From Candidatus Bathyarchaeota archaeon (lineage in GTDB: Archaea > Thermoproteota > Bathyarchaeia > Bathyarchaeales > DTEX01): 51,483 nucleotides of DNA. The stretch is taken from assembly GCA_003661975.1 (NCBI GenBank), contig QMXE01000002.1, positions 1 to 51,483 of the forward strand, given 5' to 3'. The notes under the pieces were generated by a model, which was not told where the DNA came from, did no database searches, and saw only the letters and a list, made by a program, of their open reading frames with translations. Each line of letters opens with the position of its first letter. Position 1 is the first letter of the stretch. Shown here one piece after another: positions 18,466-27,971 of this stretch. The position numbers and the translations under genes are program-made.

Positions 18466-19503
18466 ATGAGTGATGCTGGAAGCTCCGGGATGCATTCATT
18501 ATCTGGTAAATCAATAGAGGAGATCGCTAGGGAAGCCATCCCGCGGATAAGCATTTTTGGAGTCGGCGGAGCCGGATGCAACATAGTCTCATGGATGAAG
18601 GAGAAGGGAGTGATGGGGGCCAGGATATACGCTCTGAATACGGATGCGAAGCACCTGAGCATATCAAAGGCTGATGGGAAGATTCTGCTTGGCTATAACA
18701 TTTGTGGGGGACTGGGATGTGGAGGATTCCCAGAGCAGGGAGCTAAAGCGGCTGAGGAGGCGGCAGAGGATATTGAGAAGGTGATGTCTGGTTCAAGCCT
18801 AGTCTTTATAACGGCTGGTCTAGGCGGGGGAACTGGAACTGGAGCCTCTCCCGTCATTGCGAGGATAGCTAAGGATTTAGGCGCCCTCGTCTTAGCCGTC
18901 GTTACGATCCCGTTTCATGTTGAGAGAGCTAGGTTGATTAAGGCCAGGGAGGGATTGAAAAGGCTTACTGAGATATGCGATGCTGTAATTGTGATCGACA
19001 ATAATAGGCTTAGGAGAGTGGCTGGCAACCTGCCTCTGACTGAGGCCTTTGGGGTGGCTAATGAGCTGATTGCAACGTTCATAAAGAATCTTTCGGAGAC
19101 CATATCCGTGCCAAGCCTTGTTAACTTGGATTTTGCCGACTTGAAGGCCATAATGACCGGTAGCGGGGTTTGCGCCATTGGTATTGGAGAGGCTCAGGGA
19201 GACAGGAAGGTTGAGGATGCAACTGAGAAGGCACTGGGCACTCAGCTTTTGGACATTGATGATCTTAGTACTTGTAGGGGCGCTCTGGTTCATATCGAAG
19301 GCGGAGATGACATGACATTGGAAGATGTTACTAAGGCTGGCGAGATTGTTGTGAGCAGGATTGCTCCGGACGCTAAGGTCTCTTGGGGAGCGAGGGTAAA
19401 TAGTAAGATGCAGGGCATGATAAAGGTGACCATTGTGTTAGCTGGGATCAACAGTCCATTTCTGGATAAAGGCATAAGACCATTCGGTATGTTAGGTGAA
19501 TGA
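18466..19503 (+). CDS. ftsZ: Cell division GTPase FtsZ
   Basis: FGVGGAGCNIV and the tubulin signature GLGGGTGTGASPVIA, plus VTIPFHVE. The ATG at 18466 is preceded by GGAGTGA. The ORF is open from 18436. Confidence 0.9.
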   Translation: MSDAGSSGMHSLSGKSIEEIAREAIPRISIFGVGGAGCNIVSWMKEKGVMGARIYALNTDAKHLSISKADGKILLGYNICGGLGCGGFPEQGAKAAEEAAEDIEKVMSGSSLVFITAGLGGGTGTGASPVIARIAKDLGALVLAVVTIPFHVERARLIKAREGLKRLTEICDAVIVIDNNRLRRVAGNLPLTEAFGVANELIATFIKNLSETISVPSLVNLDFADLKAIMTGSGVCAIGIGEAQGDRKVEDATEKALGTQLLDIDDLSTCRGALVHIEGGDDMTLEDVTKAGEIVVSRIAPDAKVSWGARVNSKMQGMIKVTIVLAGINSPFLDKGIRPFGMLGE

Positions 19504-19613
19504 TTATTTGCAGACCAGAAAGCTTATTAGAAAATGCAAGATTAAAGGTATGAGGGGAAGTTAAAATTCCGGAGCTTATAGTTTATGCGATCTTAATATT
19601 TGCAACGGTTGCA

Positions 19614-19826
19614 GTGGGATTATTGATATTTGTAGCCTTTAAGGCCTTTAAGTCTCCAACACTATTCTATGCCCCTGAAGAGTCAATAGATGTCTTAGTC
19701 AAGCGTCTCAGCTGTCCGAAATGTAGATCCCGGAGATTAAGGCCTACTGGCCGTTATACCATTACATGCGAGAACTGCGGCTTCACCTTCAGTGTGGGAG
19801 CCGTAACTAAGAGAGTTAGTAGATGA
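19614..19826 (+). CDS. Small membrane-anchored zinc-ribbon protein
   Basis: N-terminal hydrophobic helix, then CPKCRS...x14...CENCG. GTG start. Confidence 0.35.
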   Translation: MGLLIFVAFKAFKSPTLFYAPEESIDVLVKRLSCPKCRSRRLRPTGRYTITCENCGFTFSVGAVTKRVSR

Positions 19827-19931
19827 ACAGGTCAGGTTCGAACTTGAATCTTCAGTAGAGAGCAGTCCAGCATGCAGTATCCATGTCTATTCTTCACGTT
19901 AAGGAATAAAGCTTATTAGGAGGATTGTTAA

Positions 19932-20234
19932 TTGAGCTTTCGGAGGAAACCACTTAAGGTGCAACATAGCATTAAGCGTGTTGTATTGGATGTTTTAAAG
20001 CTGCGCGATCCTCCGCTTCCAGAATTCGCCTCAACGTTATGTTCATTGCCGAATGTCGAGGATGTAAAAGTATCGCTTGTCGAGATAGACCAGAATACTG
20101 AGAGCGTGAAGGTGACTATTGAAGGGAGGAATATCGACTTAGACAATGTGCAGAAGCTAATGAAGAATCATGGAGCCGTCATACATAGCATAGATGAGGT
20201 TGTCGTTCAGAAGGAGTCTTCGATCAATCCATAA
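19932..20234 (+). CDS. DUF211-family protein
   Basis: 100-aa ORF. IKRVVLDVLKLRDPPLPEFA...VEDVKVSLVEIDQNTESVKVTIEG..IDLD...HGAVIHSIDEVVV matches the DUF211 pattern as I recall it. Confidence 0.65.
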   Translation: MSFRRKPLKVQHSIKRVVLDVLKLRDPPLPEFASTLCSLPNVEDVKVSLVEIDQNTESVKVTIEGRNIDLDNVQKLMKNHGAVIHSIDEVVVQKESSINP

Positions 20235-20266
20235 ATTGAGAAGCCCTTCAGAAGTGATATTGAGGC

Positions 20267-20872
20267 ATGGGATCCCTAAATAGGATAATCAATCGGATAA
20301 GGCTTTACATAAAGATAACTCATATAGGCGATATAGCCAGGAGATATTTCGTTCAGAATGGTATGGACGGTTCAATGACTGCTCTAGGAATAATTCTGGG
20401 CTCATGGGCCGCTAAGGTTAAGGAGCCCTACGTGATCGTTATGGCTGGTCTGGGCGCATGTCTCGCAATGGGAGTCTCAGGGCTTTTCGGAGCCTATATT
20501 ACTGAGAAGGCTGAGCGTAGAAGGATAATTAAGGATCTTGAGGAGTCTATACTTAGCGATCTTGATGATTCACTGCAGCAGAGCGCCTCAGAGTTTGCTC
20601 AGGTGTTAGCAGCCCTTGTGGATGGTTTATCTCCAGCGTTAACGGCAATAATTTCCTTGATTCCTTTCATCATATCAATGTTTGGAGGCTTATCTATTTG
20701 GAGCTCATACGTGATCTCTACGATCCTCGCCTTCAGCGAGCTCTTCGCTTTAGGTCTATTTTTGGGGCATGTAGCAGGGGAGAAGATGATTATGTATGGA
20801 CTTCAAATGGTTATTGCCGGGATGATAATAGCATTCATACTTTTCGCGGTTGGGGGATACGGAGCCGTGTAG
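20267..20872 (+). CDS. VIT1/CCC1-like membrane protein (putative Fe/Mn transporter family)
   Basis: GMDGSMTALGIILG motif and 4-5 hydrophobic helices. It sits immediately downstream of the DUF211 gene. Confidence 0.55.
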   Translation: MGSLNRIINRIRLYIKITHIGDIARRYFVQNGMDGSMTALGIILGSWAAKVKEPYVIVMAGLGACLAMGVSGLFGAYITEKAERRRIIKDLEESILSDLDDSLQQSASEFAQVLAALVDGLSPALTAIISLIPFIISMFGGLSIWSSYVISTILAFSELFALGLFLGHVAGEKMIMYGLQMVIAGMIIAFILFAVGGYGAV

Positions 20873-20877
20873 GAGGA

Positions 20878-22701
20878 TCATCTTCCCCAGAATGGTTTCT
20901 TTCTGCTCATTATATCTGCTATCTCGTTTAGGCATTTAAGTTCATCCAAGCTTAATCTCTCAGAGAATTTTGAGAATAGCTTTCTCGCATGCGATTCCGG
21001 TATGCTTGAGTAGAGGATGTCTCCCTCATCTATGTGACGGCCAACTATTGGCTTATTGATCGAGATGGCAACTTGGGATCCCATTTTAGCCTCTGATATT
21101 GGCTTTCCGCGATCCTGAATTTGAAGTATCTCCCCGATCTCCTTGCCCTCCTTATTCATCAAGCTGAGCCTCGGCCTTATCGTTCCAGCCAAGACCTCAA
21201 CGCCCACTATTGCAGGCTTAGCTCTACGGAAGACATAGCCGGGCAGAATCCTAATCTTCGCTGGCTTTACCAGATTCTCGAATTCGCCTCTTTCCCTCTC
21301 CTCCTTCTCCCTCTCCATCCACCTAACATAATCATCTATCAAGTGATAGATTATGTTGCTACGGAAGATCGGTATCTTCCGATTCTTGGCCTCCTCCTCA
21401 GCGTCAGGTAGGACTCGAACGTTAAATGCTAAGATGACACCATATAAAGGCTCATTCTCCCTTACAACAGCCGCCTCCATCACATCTCGCTTTGAGACAT
21501 CCCCCACATCGGCAAGCCTTATCGGAACATTATTTCTTTTTAGGCTTTCAGCTATCGCCTCTAGGGAGCCGAGGGCATCGGTCTTCAGAACCACTCCATT
21601 CGCGTCTGTTGAGATTCTGAGCTTCTCAACTTCCTCAGATATCTCATTCATTAAACGCTCGATCTCATCCTTCGATGAAGCAACATAGATGGGGGCTCCT
21701 GCAAGTGCATCTTCCAAGTTAGGCGCCGCTATTTTCACACCAGCGGCCGCCGAGACCTCGCTTACTGATGAGAACTTATCTCTCGGATCTCTGATCTCGT
21801 CGAGGGGCTTTGGCAGTAGGAGAGCTCGGACATTCGTTACGATAGGCCCGCTCTTTCCTCCAAGAACTATGATATCATCCTTTCTAAGTATCCCATCGTA
21901 TATTATCGCATTGACGGTGACTCCTAACCCAACCTCCTCTTTAACCTCTAGGATCGTGCCCTTTGCTGGTCCCCTCGTTGTCTGGAGTCTCCTTCTGAGA
22001 TATTGTTGGGTTAATCCAGTTAAGACTGCGACGAGCTCCGTTATGCCCTCACCAGTCTTGGCGCTTGTCGGGACGATCGCTACTGTGCGTGTGAAATCCT
22101 TTATTCTATCGAATCTATCGGCTCTGAATGAGAGCTCTGAGAATTTACCTATTATCCGGTATATGTATTCATCTAGTGTCTGCCTAACGTATGGATCTTG
22201 ATGCCTATAGGACTCTAGGAATGAGTATGTTGGCTGGGGCTTCCATCCTGGAATTCTATCTATCTTATTTGCGGCGACTAGGAATGGTGTCTTCCTAGAC
22301 TTAAGTATCTCCAGGGACTCGTAGGTTTGAGCTTCAAATCCATGTAGGATGTCGATTACGAGAATCGCTATATCCGCGACTCCGCCGCCCCTACGCCTTA
22401 GATTAGCGAATGCCTCGTGTCCCGGAGTATCTATGACGAGCAAGCCGGGTATTCTTATTTCTCCGCCGACCCTCCTTAGGAGTGGACCAGCGATCTCCTT
22501 TAGCGTTTCAAGTGGGAAGAAGCTCGCTCCGATGTGCTGCGTGATCCCGCCTGCCTCTCTTGCCTGAACGCTGCTCTTTCTGATCTTGTCTAGGAGCAGG
22601 GTCTTTCCGGTATCTACGTGTCCTAGAATGCATACGATCGGCTGTCTGATCGGCATGTCCGCCACCTCGTTTTGACATTTTATGTCTCTCGGCCTATTCA
22701 T
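20878..22701 (-). CDS. infB: Translation initiation factor aIF5B (IF-2)
   Basis: GTPase motifs GHVDTGKT, DTPGH and NKID, with the aIF5B-length four-domain layout. The start may be the Met at 22656 (MPIRQPIV...), which would remove the 8-nt overlap with the upstream gene. Confidence 0.9.
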   Translation of the reverse strand: MNRPRDIKCQNEVADMPIRQPIVCILGHVDTGKTLLLDKIRKSSVQAREAGGITQHIGASFFPLETLKEIAGPLLRRVGGEIRIPGLLVIDTPGHEAFANLRRRGGGVADIAILVIDILHGFEAQTYESLEILKSRKTPFLVAANKIDRIPGWKPQPTYSFLESYRHQDPYVRQTLDEYIYRIIGKFSELSFRADRFDRIKDFTRTVAIVPTSAKTGEGITELVAVLTGLTQQYLRRRLQTTRGPAKGTILEVKEEVGLGVTVNAIIYDGILRKDDIIVLGGKSGPIVTNVRALLLPKPLDEIRDPRDKFSSVSEVSAAAGVKIAAPNLEDALAGAPIYVASSKDEIERLMNEISEEVEKLRISTDANGVVLKTDALGSLEAIAESLKRNNVPIRLADVGDVSKRDVMEAAVVRENEPLYGVILAFNVRVLPDAEEEAKNRKIPIFRSNIIYHLIDDYVRWMEREKEERERGEFENLVKPAKIRILPGYVFRRAKPAIVGVEVLAGTIRPRLSLMNKEGKEIGEILQIQDRGKPISEAKMGSQVAISINKPIVGRHIDEGDILYSSIPESHARKLFSKFSERLSLDELKCLNEIADIMSRKKPFWGR

Positions 22702-23767
22702 CCATGAGAATTGGCTTCCACATGATATTTTCTGTTACGAGTTTCTTTGCCCTTTCGATCCTCTTTTTATCAGATGGTCTTATCTTCCCAACTATCCTCT
22801 GAACCATCTGGAGAGTCGTGTATGTGTCATATGGGACTAGTATCAGCGGAACCTTCAGCTCGTCGGCCCTCGGGAATATCTTGACGCTTGGATATAAATT
22901 GCCAGTTAGGATTATGGCTCTTGCACCTGCCTCTAGGGCTGCGAAGACTATATCCGTCCGGTCGCCTCCTGTGATTACAAGCTCGTTCTCCGCCTTCTGA
23001 AAGTATCTCATAGCGCTTTCAGGAGTCATCGCTCCTACCAAGACGGCCTCGACTAGCCTATCCATGCCTTCTTCTCCGGCGAGTATCCTGCCTCCGACGG
23101 TCTCGCATATCTCCCTCACCGGAACGGCGCTTAATATCCTATCTTCAGGGATTATCCCAAGCACTTTAATGCCCCTCTCCTCTAGGAATGGCTTGATGAC
23201 TTCCTCTGCCCTATTTATCCTGCCCCTAGGAACCTTATTGATTATTACGCCTGTGATCTTCACGTTCCATCTTAATGCGTATTCTCGGGCTTGTAGGATC
23301 TCATCGATTATATGATCATTTTTGAATTTGGATATTAGAAGGAACTCGGCTTTTAGCTTTGAGGAGAGATGGGGGGCTTGACAGTTTAGGAATGCCCCGG
23401 AGTGCAGCGTTGACGCTCCCTCAATCAGCATTAGATCGCTCTCTACGCTTGCCTTTTCGTAGGCTGATAGTATCATATCCACATATTTTGAGGGTTCCTT
23501 GACGGCGAAATCTTCTAGGAATAGGTCTCTCCTCAGAGTTATTGGAGAGTAAATCTTCGAGTCTCCCTTCAACCCTAAAAGATTGATCATCAACTCGACA
23601 TCTTCATCTACTGTCTCTCTAGCTCTACCAGCCGTCTCCACGCCTATGGGCTTGAAGTATCCAGGCTTTATGCCCAGATCCTTTGCCTTTAGCGCCAAGG
23701 ACATAGCCACTATGCTCTTTCCAGCATACTCCTCCGTCGAGGCTAAATATATTGCCTTTTCCACCAT
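22694..23767 (-). CDS. Stand-alone phosphotransacetylase N-terminal-like protein (BioD/CobQ-like P-loop domain + DRTGG domain)
   Basis: N-terminal AIYLASTEEYAGKSIVAMSLAL..GYFKP (BioD-like) and C-terminal VITGGDRTDIVFAALEAGARAIILTG (DRTGG). No PTA_PTB catalytic domain is present. Confidence 0.65.
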   Translation of the reverse strand: MVEKAIYLASTEEYAGKSIVAMSLALKAKDLGIKPGYFKPIGVETAGRARETVDEDVELMINLLGLKGDSKIYSPITLRRDLFLEDFAVKEPSKYVDMILSAYEKASVESDLMLIEGASTLHSGAFLNCQAPHLSSKLKAEFLLISKFKNDHIIDEILQAREYALRWNVKITGVIINKVPRGRINRAEEVIKPFLEERGIKVLGIIPEDRILSAVPVREICETVGGRILAGEEGMDRLVEAVLVGAMTPESAMRYFQKAENELVITGGDRTDIVFAALEAGARAIILTGNLYPSVKIFPRADELKVPLILVPYDTYTTLQMVQRIVGKIRPSDKKRIERAKKLVTENIMWKPILMDE

Positions 23768-23785
23768 TTCCTCTCTTTCCTCATC

Positions 23786-25891
23786 TCATATTTTCTTTGA
23801 GAGCGTGACTCTTATATCTACTGCTGAGCATCCCCTGCTCCTCTCATAGACGAGGAGCGGGTTTATCTCCATCTCAGAGAAGCCCCTTATTTGACTCATG
23901 AGGTATGAGAGCCTAAGGATCACATCTATTACGGAGTTTATATCTGATGGAGGCTCTCCTCTAACACCTCTAAGTAACGTATAGGCTTTGGTTTCACGGA
24001 TCATCTCTTCTGCCTCCATCCGCGTTATGGGGCAGAGCCTATATGAAACGTCCCTTAGGAAGTCAACGTATATTCCGCCTAAACCGAACATCATCAAGGG
24101 GCCGAATTGTATATCTCTTATGCAGCCTACTATGACCTCCCTTCCTTTGGGCACCATCTTCTGGATTAGAACCCCTTGAACCCTAGCATGGGGCATAAGT
24201 GTATGGACTCTTCTTAGGAGTTTATCATAATTATTTTTGACCTCCTGGCTTGATTGAACGTCTAATATTACTCCCCCAACATCCGTTTTGTGGAGGATGC
24301 TCGGCGAGACTATCTTCATCGCAACTGGATATCCAATTGATTCTGCTATTTCTATAGCTTCATTCCTTGACCTCGCGACTGCTGCTGGAGGCGTCGGTAT
24401 TCCAGATGCCCTACATATTTGAATGGATTCCTCTATTGTGAGGTTCAATCTATTCTCGTTATGGGCCTGCGTGATTATTTCATTGATCTCGTCGAGTTTT
24501 ATATCCGGGAAGATGGGAGGCTTCTCTCTTCTACGTGAAGATACAACTTGATACTCATACATTCTGCTTAGGACGTATGCTGCGTCCTCTGGGAACTCAT
24601 AATTTGGTACTCCATTTCTCCTTAGGATTTTAATCGCCAGAGAATCGTCTTCTAAGCCCATGAATGCCGATATGATCGGTTTCCTGCTCATCCGATTCAA
24701 CTTCGCCGTTACATTGGCGATCTTCTCTGTTGGCGTCATTGCCTGCGGAGTTAAGATCACGATTATTCCATCGATCCTAGAGCTCTTTAAGCCAGCACTT
24801 AATGCGATCTCATAGCGGCTCTCATCAGCATCTCCCAAAACATCCACTGGATTGTTTACGCTTGCATGTGGAGGTAACATTCTGCGAAGGTCCTCTCTGA
24901 TGTGATACTCCAGAGATGGTAGTTCCAATCCGTTCTTCTCGCATGCGTCGGCGGCTAATATGCCCGGGCCGCCTCCATTCGTAACTATTAACACTCGTTT
25001 GCCTTTTGGGGGAGGCTGCTCTTCAAGGGCTAAGACCAGATTGAAGAGCTCCTCAAGCGTATTTACTCTGAGAATCCCTGCCTTCTTGAATGCCGCTGAA
25101 AAGGATACGTTGGAGCCCGCTAGAGATCCCGTATGTGAAGAAACAGCTCTAATCCCTACATCGGTAGTTCCAGCTTTTAAGGCTACTATCGGCTTTATCC
25201 TCGATAATTCCCGGGATACCTTCAAAAAGCGCCTTCCATCCTTCACTCCCTCCATGTATAGGCCTATAACCTTTGTTTCTTCATCCTCACTTAATGCCTC
25301 TAGGAAGTCAGCCGCGTTTAAGTCCGCTTCATTTCCAAGACTTATGAATGATGAAAAACCTATGTTTTTTTGAATTGCCCAATTAAGAATTGTGCTTCCC
25401 AACGCTCCGCTTTGCGAGATAAATGCTACTCTTCCCCGCGGCGGATTTGCAGTGGCAAATGAAGCATTCAATCGACTTGCAGTATTTATGATGCCCAAAC
25501 AGTTTGGTCCTTGCATGCGCATGCCATATCTTCTACAGATATCTAAGAGTTTCTTCTCTAATCTAGCCCCTTCCCTTCCAGTTTCGCTGAATCCTGCAGA
25601 TATGACCACTATGCCTTTAACGCCTTTAACGCCGCATTCTTCGGCCACATTGGGGACAATCCTTGAGGGCACCGCGATTATAGACAGGTCTATCTCTGAA
25701 GGCACATCGAGGACGCTACTGTAGCATTTACACCCAAGTATCTCTTCAGCATTAGGGTTAATTGGATAAATTTCGCCTTTAAATCCATAATCTATAAGGT
25801 TCTTGAGAATTTTATGACCTACCTTTCTAGGTTCTCTGCTTGCACCTATAACCGCGACGGATCTCGGATTGAAGAATTTCTCGAGCTTCAT
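23786..25891 (-). CDS. acd: ADP-forming acetyl-CoA synthetase (acetate--CoA ligase, fused alpha/beta, NDP-forming family)
   Basis: 701 aa. FFNPRSVAVIGAS CoA-binding start, QGPNCLG, phosphohistidine region SSHTGSLAG, and a C-terminal ATP-grasp part (GYPVAMKIVSP..HKTDVGGV). Confidence 0.85.
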   Translation of the reverse strand: MKLEKFFNPRSVAVIGASREPRKVGHKILKNLIDYGFKGEIYPINPNAEEILGCKCYSSVLDVPSEIDLSIIAVPSRIVPNVAEECGVKGVKGIVVISAGFSETGREGARLEKKLLDICRRYGMRMQGPNCLGIINTASRLNASFATANPPRGRVAFISQSGALGSTILNWAIQKNIGFSSFISLGNEADLNAADFLEALSEDEETKVIGLYMEGVKDGRRFLKVSRELSRIKPIVALKAGTTDVGIRAVSSHTGSLAGSNVSFSAAFKKAGILRVNTLEELFNLVLALEEQPPPKGKRVLIVTNGGGPGILAADACEKNGLELPSLEYHIREDLRRMLPPHASVNNPVDVLGDADESRYEIALSAGLKSSRIDGIIVILTPQAMTPTEKIANVTAKLNRMSRKPIISAFMGLEDDSLAIKILRRNGVPNYEFPEDAAYVLSRMYEYQVVSSRRREKPPIFPDIKLDEINEIITQAHNENRLNLTIEESIQICRASGIPTPPAAVARSRNEAIEIAESIGYPVAMKIVSPSILHKTDVGGVILDVQSSQEVKNNYDKLLRRVHTLMPHARVQGVLIQKMVPKGREVIVGCIRDIQFGPLMMFGLGGIYVDFLRDVSYRLCPITRMEAEEMIRETKAYTLLRGVRGEPPSDINSVIDVILRLSYLMSQIRGFSEMEINPLLVYERSRGCSAVDIRVTLSKKI

Positions 25892-26031
25892 GTACTAATG
25901 CTCCTCAGAGCCGGATGGAGGCTTCTCTGCCTCGTTAAGAAAGGAAACTAAATATTTATGTATATCTCCTCCTAGCTGTTTTTAGAACCAACAATATAAG
26001 CCAGCATCTAAAAGACGGAAGGTTCAATCTT

Positions 26032-27897
26032 ATGAGGAGAAACGATGTTAGCGATTTACGTAAGAGAAGTTATGATGATAAAAAATATTCTCTAAAAGAG
26101 GCTCTAAGCCTCATTAAGACTGGCGATCACATATTCATTGGCTCCGCATGCGGTGAGCCTCAATATCTCGTAAAAGGTTTAGTTGAGAAGGCGGATCATC
26201 TAGCTGATAACGAGATTCTCCATGTGCATACGCTCGGCGTGGCTCCTTATACAGAACCCAGATATTCAGATAGGTTTCGCATGAATGCCTTTTTTGTAGG
26301 AATAAATACGCGTCAAGCAGTTGCGGAGGGAAGAGCGGATTATACTCCCGTCTTCTTATCTCAGCTTCCTAAGCTGATATCGAGCGGTATGATCACAATA
26401 GATGTCGCTCTAATACAAGTTACGCCTCCAGATGAGCATGGATTCTGCAGTCTTGGAGTTTCAGTTGAGATCACAAAAACCGCGGCTGAAAATGCAAAGC
26501 TCGTCATCGCACAAGTTAATCGTCAGATGCCACGGGTTCTAGGAGACAGTTTTATTCACATCAATAACATTGATGTCGTAGTGGAGCATGATGAGCCGAT
26601 CTTAGAGTGTCCCCGACCGGAAAAGGACATTCTTTCAGAGAGAATCGCAAAGTACGTATCAGAACTTATAGATGACGGATCCACTCTCCAAATAGGCATC
26701 GGAAGCATTCCTGACTCAATTCTCGACTCTCTCGTTGACAAGAAGGATCTGGGAATTCACACTGAACTTTTGACTGAGGGAGTTGTAGACCTCGTTGAGG
26801 AGGGAGTTGTGACATGCGCGAAGAAGACTATAAATCGAGGAAAAATAATCGCTTCATTCGCCATGGGAACGCGGCGCCTATACGATTTTATAGATAACAA
26901 TCCGATGGTTGAATTTTATGAATCTGATTACGTGAATAACCCGATAGTAATAAGTCAGCATAAGAAAATGGTTGCGATAAATCAAGCCTTAGAAGTAGAC
27001 TTGACGGGACAGGTCTGTGCGGATTCATTAGGATACAAATTTTACAGCGGCTTGGGAGGGCAAGCGGATTTCATAAGGGGAGCCATGCTCTCCGAGGGTG
27101 GGAAAGCAATAACGGTTATTCCATCGACTGCCAAGGAGGGAAAGATTTCTCGAATACGTTCACTTCTAAGCCCCGGAGCCGGTGTTGTTTTGACTAGAGG
27201 AGATGTAGACTATGTCGTAACTGAATATGGAATAGCGCATCTCCGCGGCAAGACTATAAGGGAGAGGGCATTATCGCTGATTAACATAGCCCATCCCAAG
27301 TTTAGGAATGACCTTCTTAATTGGGCGAAGGAGCATCATTATGTACCTCAGGAGGTTCTGCCATTTCCAGAAACCGAGTATCCAGAGGAACTCAAGAAAT
27401 ATGTCACTCTAAAAGATGGTAGTAAAGTTCTTATACGTCCGATAAGGCCATCCGATGCTACAATGAAGCAGCATCTCTTCTATGCTCTTTCTAAAGAGTC
27501 TGTGGAAAAAAGATACTTAGGTTCATTAAGAGCTTTTCCACTTAAGCGAATATGGCCATACGTCATCATCGATTATAACAATGAAATGGTATTGGTGGGA
27601 ACTGTTCTGAATGGAGAGAAGGAAGATATGATCGCCATCGGAAGCTACTCACGAATACCAAACACAAACTTCGCTGAAGTTGCGTTGGTTGTCAGAGATG
27701 ACTGGCAAAATAGGGGGTTAGGCACCATACTCTTTAATTACCTCTGCGAAATAGCTAAGAAACGAGGTTTAAATGGATTTATAGCTTGGGTAATGATCGA
27801 TAATAAGCGTATGATGCATATCTTCAGAAAATCCGGTCATCAAATACGGTATAGGATCGAGGGAAATCTTTACTACGTCGAGATAAGGTTTAAGTAG
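26032..27897 (+). CDS. Acetyl-CoA hydrolase/transferase-family domain fused to a C-terminal GNAT acetyltransferase domain
   Basis: Residues about 1-440 carry LQIGIGSIPD and GLGGQADF blocks of the acetyl-CoA hydrolase/4-hydroxybutyrate CoA-transferase family. Residues about 470-621 carry GNAT motif A (WQNRGLGTILFNYLCEIAKKRG). Confidence 0.8.
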   Translation: MRRNDVSDLRKRSYDDKKYSLKEALSLIKTGDHIFIGSACGEPQYLVKGLVEKADHLADNEILHVHTLGVAPYTEPRYSDRFRMNAFFVGINTRQAVAEGRADYTPVFLSQLPKLISSGMITIDVALIQVTPPDEHGFCSLGVSVEITKTAAENAKLVIAQVNRQMPRVLGDSFIHINNIDVVVEHDEPILECPRPEKDILSERIAKYVSELIDDGSTLQIGIGSIPDSILDSLVDKKDLGIHTELLTEGVVDLVEEGVVTCAKKTINRGKIIASFAMGTRRLYDFIDNNPMVEFYESDYVNNPIVISQHKKMVAINQALEVDLTGQVCADSLGYKFYSGLGGQADFIRGAMLSEGGKAITVIPSTAKEGKISRIRSLLSPGAGVVLTRGDVDYVVTEYGIAHLRGKTIRERALSLINIAHPKFRNDLLNWAKEHHYVPQEVLPFPETEYPEELKKYVTLKDGSKVLIRPIRPSDATMKQHLFYALSKESVEKRYLGSLRAFPLKRIWPYVIIDYNNEMVLVGTVLNGEKEDMIAIGSYSRIPNTNFAEVALVVRDDWQNRGLGTILFNYLCEIAKKRGLNGFIAWVMIDNKRMMHIFRKSGHQIRYRIEGNLYYVEIRFK

Positions 27898-27971
27898 CCT
27901 TTGAAACGTCCAAGACTAATTTTATTTAGCATTATTTTGGAGGTAGGAGACGCCTCGCTGGCATAATTAAT

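Noticed and set aside
19829-19850. GGTTCGAAC string resembling a tRNA T-loop
   Set aside because: The flanking bases do not form a T stem, and no acceptor, D or anticodon arms can be drawn around it.
21121-22567. Plus-strand ORFs (up to 170 aa) inside infB
   Set aside because: They are antisense to a confidently identified aIF5B gene, with Ser/Leu-rich shadow translations.
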